64,000 nt of DNA from Hemiscyllium ocellatum (GCF_020745735.1 NC_083425.1:45309575-45373574); one strand, 5' to 3'; numbered from the stretch's first letter, positions 22,784 through 37,300 are shown. The notes: a model not told the origin generated them from the letters alone. Numbers and translations are program-made.

Positions 22784-24774
22784 GTAAGTTTGATTTATGA
22801 CCTCCTTTTACCACTTTAGACCTGCAAATGATTGAACAGAGCACTGTCAAACAGTGAAAAACTAGAAACAGTGGAGGTGAGGACCGACTTTCATATCATT
22901 AAATAAAATGAACAATTGAATAAATATTATTACATTATGAGCTTGTACAGAAATGAGCAAAATTAGCAATTTGAATTCTAAACGTTATACCTGATGTATT
23001 AGAAAACAATGGGCTGGGAGACTATAGGAGCTATTTGGCTGTTAAGTATTGTGTGATGACTTGTGGCTGTGAAAGGCATCACATAAATGGTCCTTCACTG
23101 TAGAGAAGCAGTCTCTTTCACAAAAAAATGAAAGGCTCAAAATATTCAGTAGGTCTGGCTACAGCATGGAAGAGAGAAATTGAACTAACAATTCATACTG
23201 TTGGGCTTTCGTCTGTTCTAATGACAAGTCATTGACTTGAAACTAACTCAGTTTTCCATGACACTGACATTTCCAAATGCATTGAGCATATGCACCCCAT
23301 GTCCTGTTTTTATTTTAATTTCTACAAGTTTTTTTCCTTTTGTACTATTCTTCAGTTTGGCAAAAAAAAATTATTGTTGTTTGTTCCGGAGAGCTAATGG
23401 AATCCTATCTGCTTGGAAGTTGTTAATTCTGACTGAGTTAGGATATTCCAGTGAGATATGAGAATTGAAGTTGTATTTACATGTTAAGCCACTGTTTTAA
23501 ATGTCCCCTGATTGGTTTAATTAATAACAACATGCATTTATATAGTCCCTTCAGCAAATTAGTTCCTAGCAATATTCCAGTTGACGTTGAATTGTTACAT
23601 TCTGTCCATTTTCTTTTCAGTGTGTGGTCCCTTTAAATTTAGTTGCATTTGCCGTGAGGCATGGTGGGCTAGTTTATCATTCCCCTTCTGGTGGGTTTGA
23701 AGGTGGGGTGGGGCACGTGAAATCCAATGGGTGCCCTGCTTGCTGCCACTCGCCAACTGGGTTATTTTAGTGTAACATTAACACTTAAGTTCAGGGTCAT
23801 AACTGGTGGAGAAGGCAGCCAATGCCATTCCCTAAGCTCAATGCGATCCTTTGCATGGGCTGATGGCAGGCAGGGGTAGGGGTTAACCCCATTGGGCACA
23901 AAGATGTTAATGCCTCGACCCCCACTTCCCTCAACCTCTTAAACCCCAGCTGCCTCCCCTGCCTCACCATGACCCCCAAACTGTCTCATGTCCCCTCCTG
24001 TGCTGAATGCTCCACAAGACCCAAGTGCATCACCAACATAGAGCTGTAGGTTTCCGGCTGACCAGTAGATCTATGAGTTGGGACTTCCTATTCCTGACAG
24101 GTGGTGTTCCCACCTCAACTCACTTAATGGCTGGTCAGACTTTTAATTGATGGAGACTGTTTTGTGGATTTCTCCTGCTTTGTAAAGTTAGGTGGATGGT
24201 GGAGGAGGGTCAGATTTGACTACAACGCGATGGAAAATCCAGTCCTTTATTTCTCCCAGAGCTTAGTACCTTTGTGGCTATAGGAGGAATGTTGGTTGTG
24301 AGAAATATAATCAAACAATATATGATTCCAAATTGAAAGAGCTGTTTTGGCAGATGACCAAAAGGTGGCTCGAAGAGAGAGGTCCTGATGAGGTTTTCCA
24401 CTGTGGGGGAAAAGAGGTAGAGAAGCAGCAGGCTTGGGTCCAGAACTTCGATTCTCAACAACTAAAGGTATCAGTGATGGAGCACTTAAAATTTGAAGGG
24501 TCCAAGCAACCAGAACAATAGGCATTTGGGTGTCTGAGTGTGGATATGGTTACCCAAATAAGAAAGATATGAAGTGGTTTGAAAAAGGTGAAAATTTTAA
24601 AATCAAGGCATTGCTTAAGCACAAGCCACTAGAGGGTAGCGAGCACAGAGTTATTGGTGAATGACGTCTGGTGTGTGCATAGGATGTGACCAGCAGAGTT
24701 TGGATATGATAAAAGCACAACATGCTGGAGAAGTTGAGCAGGTCTGATGATATCTGTAGTGATGGTGGATTAAT

Positions 24775-26265
24775 GCTCATCCCACTGGACCAATCATCCA
24801 GAATTCCATGTTAATGTTCTGAGGATATCGGTTCACATCCCACAATCGCTGATGGTGACATCTGAATTCAATTTTTTAAAAAAAGGTTATTGATTGTCAT
24901 AAAGGCCGATCTAGTTCACTAGTGCCTTTTAGGGGAAGAAATCTACCATCCTTACCTGGTCTGGTCTACTTGGGTTCCAGACCCACTGAAATGAGATTGA
25001 CTGTTAACTGTTGTCTGAAATTGTATCTGCTACTGAAAGGGTTTATTCCCAAAACGTCGATTTTCCTGCTCCTTGGATGCTGCCTGACCTGCTGCGCTTT
25101 TCCAGCAACACATTTTTCAGCTCTGCTACTAGAAAGTCTAATCAAAGAACTGAAACTGAATGGCTCACCCATCACCAACCCAGGCACCAGTCACAACAAT
25201 GACAATCTGTCAAATCTGAAAGGTCCTCCTTAAGAACATCGGAGGGCTTGTTCTTGAATGGGGAGAGTTGGCTCAGACTAGTCAAGTCTGGAATCACTCC
25301 TTACACACACTGAAAAAGGAATAGTGTAAGATAGATTGGCTTCAGATTGGTTCCACAGGTCAGCGCAGCATCGAGGGGCCGAAGGACCTGTACTGTGCTG
25401 TTATGTTCTACGTTCTACACACTGTTCCACGATATCACCATTCCAGTGTATGTCCTATCTCCCTGATATGCCGTGGGAGTTCTCAACATTGACGGTGGAC
25501 TCTATGAAGACTTGTGGCATCAGGTCACATGGGGAAGGAATTGGGGGGTGCGTCTTCAGTACCTGTCGTAAAGAGTGGTATGACAACACTGCCACTGATC
25601 GAGCTTGCCAAGACCTAAAGGACATTGTTACTAATCTGTGTCTGTAGTAGGTGGTGAGGGAACCAACAAAAAGGACAAACATATTTAACCTTGCCCTCAC
25701 CAATACACCAGTCATGGACGCATCTGTCTATGACACTAACAGTAGGAGTGACTACTGCACAGTGCTTAAGGAGACAAAAGTCCAATTTTCTCAATGAGGC
25801 TACACTCCCTCATGGTATTACCACTGGCTAAATGGGACAGACTTTGAATAACCCAGAAATTCAAAATTGGGCATCCACAAAATGCTGTGGACCATTAGGA
25901 GCAGCACCACACCTCCTGTAACCTCATGGCCTGGCATATCCCTCCTCTACCATTACAACTAAGTCAGGGGATCAACCCTGGTTCACTGAAGGGTGTGGAG
26001 GGTATACCAGCAGCAGCGGCACCAGGCGTATGTAAAAACAAGCTTCCACCCTGGTGAAGTTACAATGCATGATACTTTGCATGCCAGACAGCAGAGACAG
26101 CATGCAATAGACAGGATTTAATAATCTCACAACCAGTGGATCAGATCTAACTCTTTATCATGACCACATCCAATCATGAATGGTAATAGATACTTAAGCA
26201 ACCTGCTGGAGGTGGAGGCTTTACAAATATCCCCATCCTTGTTGATGGAACAGCCCAGCACATCA
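24775..26265 (+). mobile_element. Decayed LINE 5' portion (APE endonuclease) preceded by a tRNA-like head
   Basis: Head resembles the SINE at 2878-3220. Decayed endonuclease motifs NIGGL (~25235), VVREPT..NIFNLALTN (~25650-25705) and SRSDY (SDH equivalent, ~25741). Interrupted by small insertions at ~25040-25121, ~25320-25415 and ~26268. Confidence 0.6.
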
Positions 26266-26405
26266 GAACTTAGAATCCCTACAATGTGGAAACAGGCCCT
26301 TCAGCAGAGATTGCTTTCTGAAAATGCATTTAAAGCTGTGGGATATGCAAATCGTGCATTTGACTGAAATGGTGTAACTTCTTCTTAAAATTGGCTTTTG
26401 TTTAG

Positions 26406-26603
26406 AACTTGAAAAGGAGCGAACGCGCAGTATTGGGAAGGCTGCACTCGGAGGACCCTTTACACTCGTTGATCATACTGGACAGATGAAGACAGACAAA
26501 GACTATCTTGGACAGTGGGTTTTAATTTATTTTGGGTTCACACACTGTCCAGACATCTGTCCTGAAGAACTGGAGAAAATGGTCACTGTTGTGGATGAAA
26601 TAG
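26406..26603 (+). CDS. SCO1: SCO1 coding exon 4 (CxxxC copper-binding motif)
   Basis: [23 protein letters not shown]...[31 protein letters not shown]; 198 nt; canonical splice sites. Confidence 0.97.
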
Positions 26604-29600
26604 GTAAATGTTTCAGCAGCACACATTGATCGAAAATGTAGACTAGAGAGCAAGTGTATCAGTGGTGTGTAGAATATATTTAAAACACCTTTTATCTGTG
26701 AACTAACATTCATATGCCATATTTCCCCAGTTTAAGTTCATAGTTCGTGGTGTAGTTTCCAGAAATTCATACAGAGTAATGACCCAAATGTCTTACAGTG
26801 CAGGGATCCTCATTATGATTTTTGTTTTGAAGGCCATGCTTTGCATGTGAAACATTAAAACATTAAAAAAAACATTAAAAAGCCAGTGACTAAGAAGAGA
26901 GATTCAAGCGTCAAGTCACAGCCAAATACTGAGTACTTCCTGAGGAAAGTCACTTTGTTTTTGTGTCCTTGTTCTATTTTGGATCTCCATCTGTAATATT
27001 GAATACTACCCCCCAAATAGCTGGTGTTTACTTTTTATTTATACCATGTTGTGGAGATTAATATCATTCAACTCAAAGACATACCAGTTTTCAGGGGAAG
27101 GTATTCTCATAATGGTAGTGTTCCTGGACTAGCTATCCAGAACCCCAGACTAATAATGTTTTAAGGACATGGATCTGAATCAAACCTTTGGCAGATGATG
27201 AAATTTAAATTCAATAAATAATCTGGAATAAAGATCCATCTGGTTCACTGATGTCCTTTAGTGTGCTATCCATACCTGGTATGGACTTTTGTAACTCCAG
27301 ACTGAATGTGAACAAGTAATCTTTAATCTGAAGTTCATGACTATCCTGATTAGATGATATTATCCTTATCCTGATTGATGGGATGAATCACATTTTGTTA
27401 TGACATTATGTTACCTTACAGTGGCTCTATTGCTCAGCATCAGGTGACAAATAGCAATGTTGATAGTTGTATACATACACAACACGTGAAAGGGAATCTG
27501 GGTTCCTGTGGCAGGATGCATTTTACATACATGTAATCTGGAGCTATGGATACTACTAATAGTAGAGACTCACGTTGCTTTTCTTCATATGACTGACCAG
27601 TAATATCACCTGCTCTTACTGCCTCCATTGCTGTACATTGGAGCGATTCATGCATCTTCCTTGACCATCAAGTCCTGAGTTGGGACTTGAACTAGGTTCT
27701 TCTGGCCAGAAATAAGGATACTATCCACAGTGGCCAAGAGCTTCAGGGTATTACAATGTTTGATTGGGAAATCTATTTCAGTGCCGCTTACTTTGTCTTT
27801 TGTGACTAGTGGGCACCGCAGGTATTAGATTAGTGTGGAGGATGTCCAGAAATATGCTTTGTATATTTTCTTTCACTTGAAAGTTTTTTTAATAATTAGC
27901 TGTGTACCTATTTAGTTGGCTTTTAATTGATAAAGCCTAGTGTTTTCTTATTGGGTACTTTAGTAAAGGCATATTTTATGTAGCTATATCACTAACTTCT
28001 GTTGTCACGAGCTAGTTTCAGGCTAGTTTTTTGACAGAAGCCCAATTTAGTAAGCCATGTGAGAACCTAAACTATGTGTCATGAAAAGCAACCTTTCTAT
28101 CTAGTCTAAATAAACTTAAGTCAAAGAGAACACTTTACTTCATAATAAGCAATGAGTTGTTTGGGTTTCCTTGTGTTGTGTGTAAAATATGACAAGCTGC
28201 CTTTAATTTAGCTATTATTAAGAATCTCCCAGACAATCAAATACTGAAATGACAATTTAAACTTTATTGTAAGTAGCAATTAAACTAAGTAAGGAAGTTA
28301 AACCTGAAAACTCTATTAGCCGTTTAACATTGCAATTTAGCTGCAAATCCAACCAACAGTGTCTGTCCCTGGATATGTCCAGGAATCAGTTCTTGTGCAG
28401 GGTCAGTTCTTGTGCACTCCACTGCTGCTGAAGAATTCCAAAGTTGAATTCTTACAGGATCTTCTTTCTTATTAAGCTTATGGTGGGTCATTATTTATGA
28501 CACTTGTGAAGTCACCAAGTTTGCAGCTTGCTTTTTTATCAAGGATGAAAGTCAGCTGCTCTCAATCTTGCTTCTCTGTTCCTTATTACATTTGGTGTTA
28601 ATCATCTGTTTGAAACACAGCCTGTCCTGCCATTAACTCCTTAAATTCTTCTGGGCATTCATTTGTTCTTGTTGCATAAGGTACCTAATTATCAAACAGT
28701 TGTTAAAGCAGTTTGTTTATGTAGTTTCAACATCTTCATTTCCCAGGCTAATTTACATATTGCTTTTAATTCCTTCTCTCTTCATGTCCAGACTTAGTTC
28801 ATTCCAAAAAGAGTAATTGCCAATTCTTTCAATCCATGAATAGTTATTAAAGTTCTGAAGTTTACAGTGTCACACTTGCCTGTAAGTTAAGAAACAGTTG
28901 TTGACTCGCTATAATAAAACAGCTTTCAGATTTCCAGAATCCACAGCATTCTGCTTTTCAAGTTATAGATTGGCTGTAGTGCTTTAAGGCTGCACAGTAT
29001 TTGTACCATATAAAACAACACAGATGGTAACCAAACGGAGATAGGTGATTGAGGATTTCTGTGTGCAGCTTGTGAACCTCTCATAAAGTATAAAAATATT
29101 GATTTGGCGCTAGAGCTAATTTTTTGAGTTCAGAAATGAAGCCAGTGAATTTTTAAAAATAATTTATGGACAAATTAATAATAGCCATGGTATCTCATAG
29201 ATTTAATTATGTATAAAAACAAAGGAGAATAAAACAGGAGAAGATGGAAAACAACAAGAAACAAAGCATCCATTTTATTTGAGTACTGACAAATCTATAA
29301 AATTATAAACAATTAAAATAATATTTCAACAATAAAATGAAATGTAGTTATCAACTTCCAGGAAAAAAAATTGATACATTCTAATTTGATATTATATAGA
29401 TTTAATTATTGCAGGAGCTGTATTTTTGTGTAAGATATCTTTTCTGTCCAGGAGCTGGCCTCGAGACTGTTTAGTTACTTAGTTCTGCATGGAGAGAGGA
29501 ACTATAAGGTTGTTGTAACTTGTCTAAGTGCAGGCACGCATGTGAAATACAAAATGTTGTGCAATTGTTAGATGTCTTTATTTAGTTTACATTTTTCGTA

Positions 29601-29615
29601 CGCTTCCTGTTCCAG

Positions 29616-29708
29616 ATAAAATACCCACATTGCCAAATCTGACTCCACTTCTGATCACAATAGATCCTGACCGGGATAATGTTGAGGCGATGGCAAGATA
29701 TGTCCAAG
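29616..29708 (+). CDS. SCO1: SCO1 coding exon 5
   Basis: [31 protein letters not shown]; 93 nt; ccag acceptor and gtagcg donor. Confidence 0.95.
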
Positions 29709-30560
29709 GTAGCGTACAAACTATTAAGAGGATTCAGGAGCCGGGTTACGAATTGTTGATTTCATGTGTCTTGGGAAAGCCAGTTTTATCTACATGAAGT
29801 GTAAAACTAAATCTGGTGGGTTACAAACACCTCCCAACTGTGTACAAAATGTTATATCACTGATATCGCATTATCTGCTGTATCTGCAGGCATTATCTGT
29901 GTTTCACCAAAGACTGACTCTGCCTTGCTGATAGTGTAGCCCCTGTACTCCAGCCTTTGTACATCTGTAGTTTCCGTTTGTTTGCACAATAACACTGAAA
30001 ATTTGACTTAATCAACAGTTAAGAAACTGAAACAGATTCAACTCCTTTAGTAAGTTGACAAATCTTTCAAAGGAAAAGAAAATTCTGGAATTATTCATCC
30101 ACAGGCCTATTAGCATTGACAAAGAGAAAATTCACATTTCTGAATTAATCCTTGTCTTTAAACAGGCAGATTGATCCTTTTACTTATTATATTTTCTATT
30201 GTTTCTTCAGAATTTCTAGCATTTAAAATTTATTTTCAATTTTCTGATTAGGATTTTTGAGAGAAAAAAACTTTCTTTGAGGCCTACAGCTACATCCATA
30301 AAGAAGGAAAAAGAAAATAAATATTTAATCTACTTTGTAGCATTGAAGTCTTCTTTGCCTAAATGGTGCTACTGTATAAGGTTTCAGCCACTTGATCTGT
30401 ATGTTGGCATAAGTCTCTTTGCAGCTCACACTTTAAAGTACTTCGGGATATCCTGAGGCTGTGAAAGCTGCTGTATAAATGCAGTTCTTTGTGTTAATAT
30501 GTAAAGGTTGTTTTAAAGGTGCATACTGAAATATAAATAAATCTTTGATTCTTTCTTTAG

Positions 30561-30676
30561 AGTTTTCTCCAAAGTTAATTGGCTTAACTGGGTCCCTAGG
30601 GCAAATAGAACAGGTATCAAGGGCGTACAGAGTCTACTACAGCCAAGGACCTAAAGATGAGGACAATGATTATATT
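30561..30676 (+). CDS. SCO1: SCO1 coding exon 6
   Basis: [39 protein letters not shown]; 116 nt; canonical splice sites. Confidence 0.97.
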
Positions 30677-31284
30677 GTAAGTACAATTATTTCCATTGGC
30701 TAACATTTGATAATGTTTTTATTTTAAAACAATGTGATAGTAACCATTTTCATGGCATTTGCAATCAATTGACCTCAATTTTCCACAGTATTCACTTGTT
30801 ATATTTCTAATTAGTGCTGAACTCTTCCTTTGTCATTTACATACTTTGCTTCTTCTTGAAACTAACTTAGATTTCTCATTTCAGCACCCGAGTCTATAAT
30901 CTGCTCCACGCATGGACTAGCCTTTTTCGTAAAAAAAAATTTCCTCCTGCATCTCCTCAAATCATAAACAGGATGCCCTGTACTTAACTGCTGTGCACGC
31001 AGGAAGGCCAACTTGGATTCACAAGGTCAAAGCACAAAATGGAATTGAGGTTTTTCAGATCAGTCATGATATCATCGAATTATGATGGACTGAATGCAAA
31101 AGCCCAAAGCAACGAATCTTTCCTCACATACCATTCCTTCATGTTTTGGAATAAACTGCATTGTCCTGCTCTGTAACTTCTCCAATAACTGAATTATTGT
31201 TTCAAAACAGGAAGGTAGAAAATTTTGGCCTCACCAAGCCAAATGCAGTTTTAAAATAACTTATCTGGATATATATGATGATAT

Positions 31285-32765
31285 GTTGTCTGGCTAACAG
31301 GGAGCAGAAAGTGGACATCATTCAGTCACTTTTAGTTTGGTAAGATGTAACGAGCAGTGTGCCACAGGAATCAGTGAGAATTCAACTGTTTAGAAGTTGT
31401 ACAAGTTATCTTACGAAGAGGCAGCAGATATGGTTGCCAAATTTACCAACAGCCCTAAGATAGGTGGAAAGGAAGTTGCAAAGCAGACATAAGGAATCTA
31501 TGAAAAGATATAGTTAGTTTGAGTGAATAGGCAGAGATGTGGCAGATGGAGTAAAATGTGGGAATATGTAAAATCATTGATTGGCAGCAAGAATAAAAAA
31601 GTAACATGCTATCTAAATGTTGAGAGATTGTGAGGGAGAAGAGGATCTGAGTGTCCTCGTGCATGAATCACAAAGGGTTAGTATGCTGGCACAGCAAGTA
31701 ATGAGGAAAGCTTCTAGAATGTAAGAGGAGTTGAACACAATTAGAGAAGTTATGATTCAGTTATCCAGGGCACTGGTGAGACTACATCTAGGGTACTGTG
31801 CACAGTGTTTTGGTCACCTTATCTAATGAAGGATGAAAACATATTGGAGGAAAAACAGGCTAGGCTTGTACCTGTTGGACTTTGGAAGAGGAAGAGTTGA
31901 CTTGATTAAGACATATATTAAATAAAATGTATACTGAAACATCTATTAAAAAAGACATATTAAATCATGTATTCCCTGTTACGGGAAGAATATTATTAAG
32001 CTAGAGAGGGTTCAGAAGAGATTTAGCAGAATGTTGCCAGGACTGGAGGGTTTTAGTTATAAGGAGAGGCTGGATACGCTGGGAAGTTTGTCACTGGAGT
32101 GTAGGAGGTTAAGGGGTGACTTTATCGATGTTTATAGACTTATAAGGGGTAGATAAACTGAATGGCAAGTGCTTTTTCTCTAGGGTGGGGAATTTCAAGA
32201 CTGGGGGCATATTTTTAAGGTGAGAAGAGAAAGATTTTAAAAAAAGACATGGGCAATTTATTTTTACATATAGTGTGGTTTGTATGTGGAGTGAACTTTT
32301 AGAAAAAGTAGTGGATGCAGGTATAGTTACAAGGTTTAAAAGATATTTGGATAAGTACATGAATATGAAATGTTTGGTGGCATATGGGCCAAGCGCAGGC
32401 AGGTGGACCAGTTTATTTTGGGGTTATGGCTGGCATGGACTGGTTGGACTGAAGGGTCTGTTTTTGTACTATATGACTCCAATTGTTTAATCTAATATGG
32501 GATTCTGAGGGATCTTGACTGGCTGGATGTGAAAAAGATGGTTAATTTTCTGGGAGAATCTAGAACTGGGGGTCACTGTTTAGTTATCCATTTAAAACGG
32601 ATGAGGCTATTTTTAAAAAAAATCTATTCCCAAAAAGATGGTGGAAGCACAGCGTCCTTGAATAGTATTAAAGGAGAAGTAGATGGATTCTTAAACCTGT
32701 AAGAACTTGTTGAATAGCAGAGAAGGCTTGAAGGGCTGAATGGCCTGTTGCTGCTTCTATTTCAC
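31285..32765 (+). mobile_element. Old CR1-type LINE fragment with a younger CR1 3' fragment nested at ~31975-32480
   Basis: Decayed RT C-terminal motifs. The nested copy ends in 'ctatatgactcc' and the host resumes afterwards. Confidence 0.7.
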
Positions 32766-32767
32766 AG

Positions 32768-33120
32768 ACTCATAGAATCCCTGCAGTGTGAAGCAGGCCA
32801 TTCAACCCATCCAGTCCACACCTCCAATGAACATCCCGCCCAGACCTCCTCTCCGCCTCCACACCCCCCCCCCCCCCACCCCCAGCTCCCACCTTAACCC
32901 TGCATTCATCCAAGCTAATCCACCTAGCCTGCACATCCCTGGATGCTATGGGCAATTTACCATGGCCAGTCCACCTAACCTACACATCTTTGAACTGTGG
33001 GAGGAAACCGGAGCACCTGCAGGAAACACACACCGCCACAGGGAGAATGTGCAAACTCCACAAACTGGGCCCCTGGTGCCGTGAGGCAGCAGTGCTAACC
33101 GCTAAACCACTGTGCCACCC
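32768..33120 (-). mobile_element. V-SINE (HE1-like)
   Basis: Head 'gggtggcacagtggtttagcggttagcactgctgcctcacggc' and V domain on the - strand. Confidence 0.8.
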
Positions 33121-35305
33121 ATTTCCTATGTTGCTGAACATCGCAATATTTTTTTTAAAGCAGTCTGGAAGCATTGTTCTTGGTTTTAGTGACCTTTCCA
33201 ATTAAACTGCAAGATTTCTGTCCTATTACAACATCTCAGATATAGTCCCATTTAGGACATAATCTACATTATTCTTTCTGATAAATCTCATTTGTCTGTG
33301 TTTCATTAGTTGTCTCCACCCACTGACTGAGCCTGTCCTTTAGGATCATGTACATTGATATTCTTGATTTGCTACAGTTCCTTATTTAATGTTGGCTGTA
33401 AATCTGAACACTCAACCAATTGGTTCCTCTAAATCTGTTATAAAAATTGAAACAGTGATCTCATTACTGAGTCTAGTATCCCTCCGTTAGTTACCAGTTA
33501 GATAGTTGACCACTCACTGTTATTTGTTTTCTGCAAATCAACCATTTATCAATCCATTTTAACCCATTCCCATTTATCTCACGGATTTCAGCTAAATGCA
33601 TTATCCTATTGCGTAGGACAGTGATAGATGTCTTCAAAAAATTGTAGTAGTCAACGTAAGTTCAATAGCTGCCCAAACTATTAGGTCTGCTCAAAGAAAT
33701 CCAGTAATTCAGCCAAGCGTGACCACCTACTCATGAAAGCCTTCTTTAAGAGTCGGCTCATGCCCTTCAAGGTGCTTCCCTATGCTGTCCCTCATAAAAC
33801 CTTCAAACACCTTCTCTCAAAACTATATGTTCTCAAGTTAGGATGCAAGTCTACAAGTGACTGTTGATCTTTAATTGCATTTTATTTTGAAGATAGGTGT
33901 CTCATTATATATTTTCTAATCCTTGGTACTACTATGAATTTTGAAAAAAAATTTATCAAAAAAACCTTCAATCAATTCCTTCATAATTCTAGAATGCAAG
34001 TTGACAAAACCATATTCATTTAGTTTCTCCAATTATATCCTCTTTTGAGATCTAAAGAAGATGTCAATCTGTGTTATCCTTTAAAATGTAGTCCACGCTG
34101 ACGACATTTTCCCCCATTACTTCGATGCACAGAATTGAGAAATAAGCGTTAAACAATTGAATAATTTCTGTGACTGAACATTTGCTCCAGCTATTTTCCA
34201 GTGTACCAACGTCTCTACACCACCTTTGTTATTTCCATGATGCTAAGTTTGATTTTCGCTGTTTTGGATGAATATTGGCGACAAAAATAGCAAATGCGAC
34301 CAGAGAAAAACAAGGCTTCAAAGTGCTTCTACAGAAATCCTACAGTACCGCTGTTTCATACTCTCACATCATAAAATAAGTGCAATGGAAACTTTTACAA
34401 TGCTAATTTCAAACAAATAAACATTATCTAATCCAGAGGCTGTTTGGATCATGAAAATTGTTATTAATTCATTAACTTCTTCCCTATTCGTAAAAGAGCA
34501 CCAGATCATTCACTCTTTGTTTTCCTTGATTTAGATTATGAATTGTAGGATTTTTTTTGGAGTCAGTCCCCTCAACTGAGGAGACTGTAATCTCCTGGTT
34601 TTTTAAAATACTCTTTAATAATAACCTAACAGTGGTAGTGCTTTATTTATTCCCCAGCACCCATGTCGTGTGTGTGCAATAAATTGTAGGTTGCTATATA
34701 TTTCTGCATTTCTCTCATTGGAAATTAATTTATTCTCAGTTAAAACTTTTATATATAGCAAGTAAAGACAGATGTTCATTCCTTAGTTGAATGCAAATGC
34801 TGGATCTCAGAAATTAAGAGTTTGGAACTGATTGGGGCCACTTTGTAACAAAACTTTAGCATCAAATGTTGTTTTAGAGGCTGAGAGACTGTTGAATGTT
34901 GTCATTAGTGGTTTTGTTTTCTGTGATATTTTTAAATCTATTTTTAGTTTCCTTTGCTTTTAAATATGTTTTGAACACCCAAACATACAAATTAACAGCA
35001 TGAGTAGGCCATTCAGCCTCATCAATATGGTATATCTTTCCATGAAATCATGGATGCTCAGTGCTCAATTTCATAAGTCCACGTACCTTTGGCTCCATTG
35101 TTAGTCAAGAACCTATCCTCCTTTGTTTTAATAATATTCAGTGTTCTCACTTTAACTACTTTCTGGGACAGGCAGTTAAAAAGATCCATGACTGTTTGAA
35201 ATAAAATTAGGGTGTGGAAAATACTTTCAGTTCTATATAGATACATAAATGAAAAGACTGTTGTAAAAAAGTGTTAACTGCCGTGATGCTGTCTATTTGT
35301 TTCAG

Positions 35306-35437
35306 GTTGACCACACAATAATCATGTATCTTGTTGGACCCAGTGGTGAATTTTTGGAGTACTACGGCCAGAACAAGACGAGTTCTGAGATTGCGAGTTC
35401 TATAGCGTCACACATGCGAAGCATCAAACACAAGTAA
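35306..35437 (+). CDS. SCO1: SCO1 last coding exon (His copper ligand)
   Basis: [43 protein letters not shown]. Total CDS is 897 nt = 298 aa. A multi-exon CDS and DHTIIMYL distinguish it from SCO2. Confidence 0.97.
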   Translation, partial: VDHTIIMYLVGPSGEFLEYYGQNKTSSEIASSIASHMRSIKHK

Positions 35438-35493
35438 TGCTAATATTTCATTTGTAAAGGAAAACAGCTACATCAACCTGACCAATTCTGTGA

Positions 35494-35648
35494 AATAAAG
35501 GATACCATTTTGAATTTTAAAAAATGAATAGACCACTTTGTTTTTTGAAAGGATACAATTTTGTATATCTACTGTTTTTGAAAACATAGCTTTGGCAAAA
35601 AGAAAGAAATCCATGTCTGAAGTTTGAATTATACAAATGGAAAATAAA
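35494..35648 (+). terminator. Candidate SCO1 polyadenylation signals
   Basis: AATAAA at 35494-35499 and 35643-35648, downstream of the stop. Confidence 0.4.
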
Positions 35649-36069
35649 CAGGGGAGTCAGCATCTGTTAAGAGAAGATATGGTGTTCTAATGTTTTAGGT
35701 AGTTTTCCTCCACTGAAACTCACAAAGACTTCCAGCTAGTTCTCGATTAAGACAGTACCAATGCTTTTCTCTACATGTGCACCTTACCTAGTTCTGCTCA
35801 CTGTCCATACCCTTTGACATTCCACTTCTTAACAATGATCCACTCTATTTTTGAAGGAATTTATAGGCACTGCTGTAACTATAAGTGGTGGAATTCCGCA
35901 ACTCCCACTTGTTTTCTAACTAACCTCTACTTTAATTAGTTTAAATCTGTGTGCTTCTATTCTGAGCCAGTCAGCAGTGAAATGAATCTATTGCTATTTA
36001 ACTTATTATAACCTTTTACAATTGTTTTTAATCAACCTATTCACACATGTTGCGAATTGAACCTGGATC

Positions 36070-36320
36070 CGTGTGGTGGCACGGTGATTCAGTGGTTAGC
36101 ATTGCTGCCTGTCAGCAGTGACCCAGGTTCGATGCTACCCTTCAGTGACTGTCTGTGGAGAGTTTGCCCATTCTCCTTGTGTATGTTTCCTCCCACAATC
36201 TAAAGATAGGCAGGTTAGGTGGATTGGCCATGGGAAATGCAGGGATAGGATGAGGAAGGGGGGGTGGGGTCAGTGTGGACTTGATGGGCCAAATGGCCTG
36301 CCTTCACACTACAGGAGTTC
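36070..36320 (+). mobile_element. V-SINE (HE1-like), internally deleted
   Basis: tRNA-like head plus V domain. Confidence 0.7.
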
Positions 36321-37300
36321 TTTGAAGTTTGATCGCTTGCAGAATAGGTTCAGATGGTGAAACTGTCCTATTCCTTGAACGTGGATCCTCTGGCCCAGAG
36401 ATAGGGGTGCTAGCACTGTGGCACAAGCCTACAGTAATTGCTATATCTGGGTGGTTTTTCAGTCCAAGCGCTATCAGACCTGCTTACCTTCCAAAATCGA
36501 ATGAGTTTAAGCATCTTCAGACTGCTATGACTATCAGCTTTTAATCCTTTATAACCTTGACGATCTCTGTCAGATTATTGTTTGACCTTTTCATCATTCA
36601 TGACAAAGGCCCCAACTTCTCCATGTTCACTTCATTTTACTTATTCTCTCTTGAGATGTGGGTATTACACTTAGCTCAGCATTTGTTGCCTATCCCAAAC
36701 TGCAATTAGAAAAATTGGCCATGCCCTGCCTTTTTAAACCATTGCAGTCCATATGGTGCAAGGATCCCACAATGTTGTTATGGAATAAGTTCCAGGATGT
36801 TGACCCAGTGACAGTGAGGAACAATGAAATAGTACAAAGTCATGATAGTATGTGACTTGTTGGGGGGGGGGGGGGTTGAAAACTTGCGGGTTGTGATGCT
36901 CCCAAGCATCTGTTCTAGCTGGCAGAGATTGTAGGTTTGGAGAGTGTTGTCAAAGAAGGATTTGTAAGTTGCTGCAGTGTATCTTCTGTATAGTGCCTTA
37001 TGACTTCAGGTATATTTTCTGAATGGGTTTCCTCAATATTAGCAATGGAAAGCGCTGCATGAGCTGTGTGGCTAATGGCCCCTGATACTGTTTGCCCTTT
37101 GGGCTTTGAGGTAGCCAACATGAAACCATTTTGAAGCAGACAAATTTGCAAACAAATTTTCCTTTGGGTTGTTTAATGCAGCAACCTCCATCTAAACCAT
37201 TGGAATAGACAGACAGCACCTTGTTTAAATGAGAGGCTAAACCAGTGACATGTCTGACAGTGAGGGCTTCTTGGCCTAGTTACTAGGGTTTATCGTAGTG

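Noticed and set aside
28003-28873. Possible further solo LTR (tgtcac...tcaca)
   Set aside because: No TSD and no second copy in the window.
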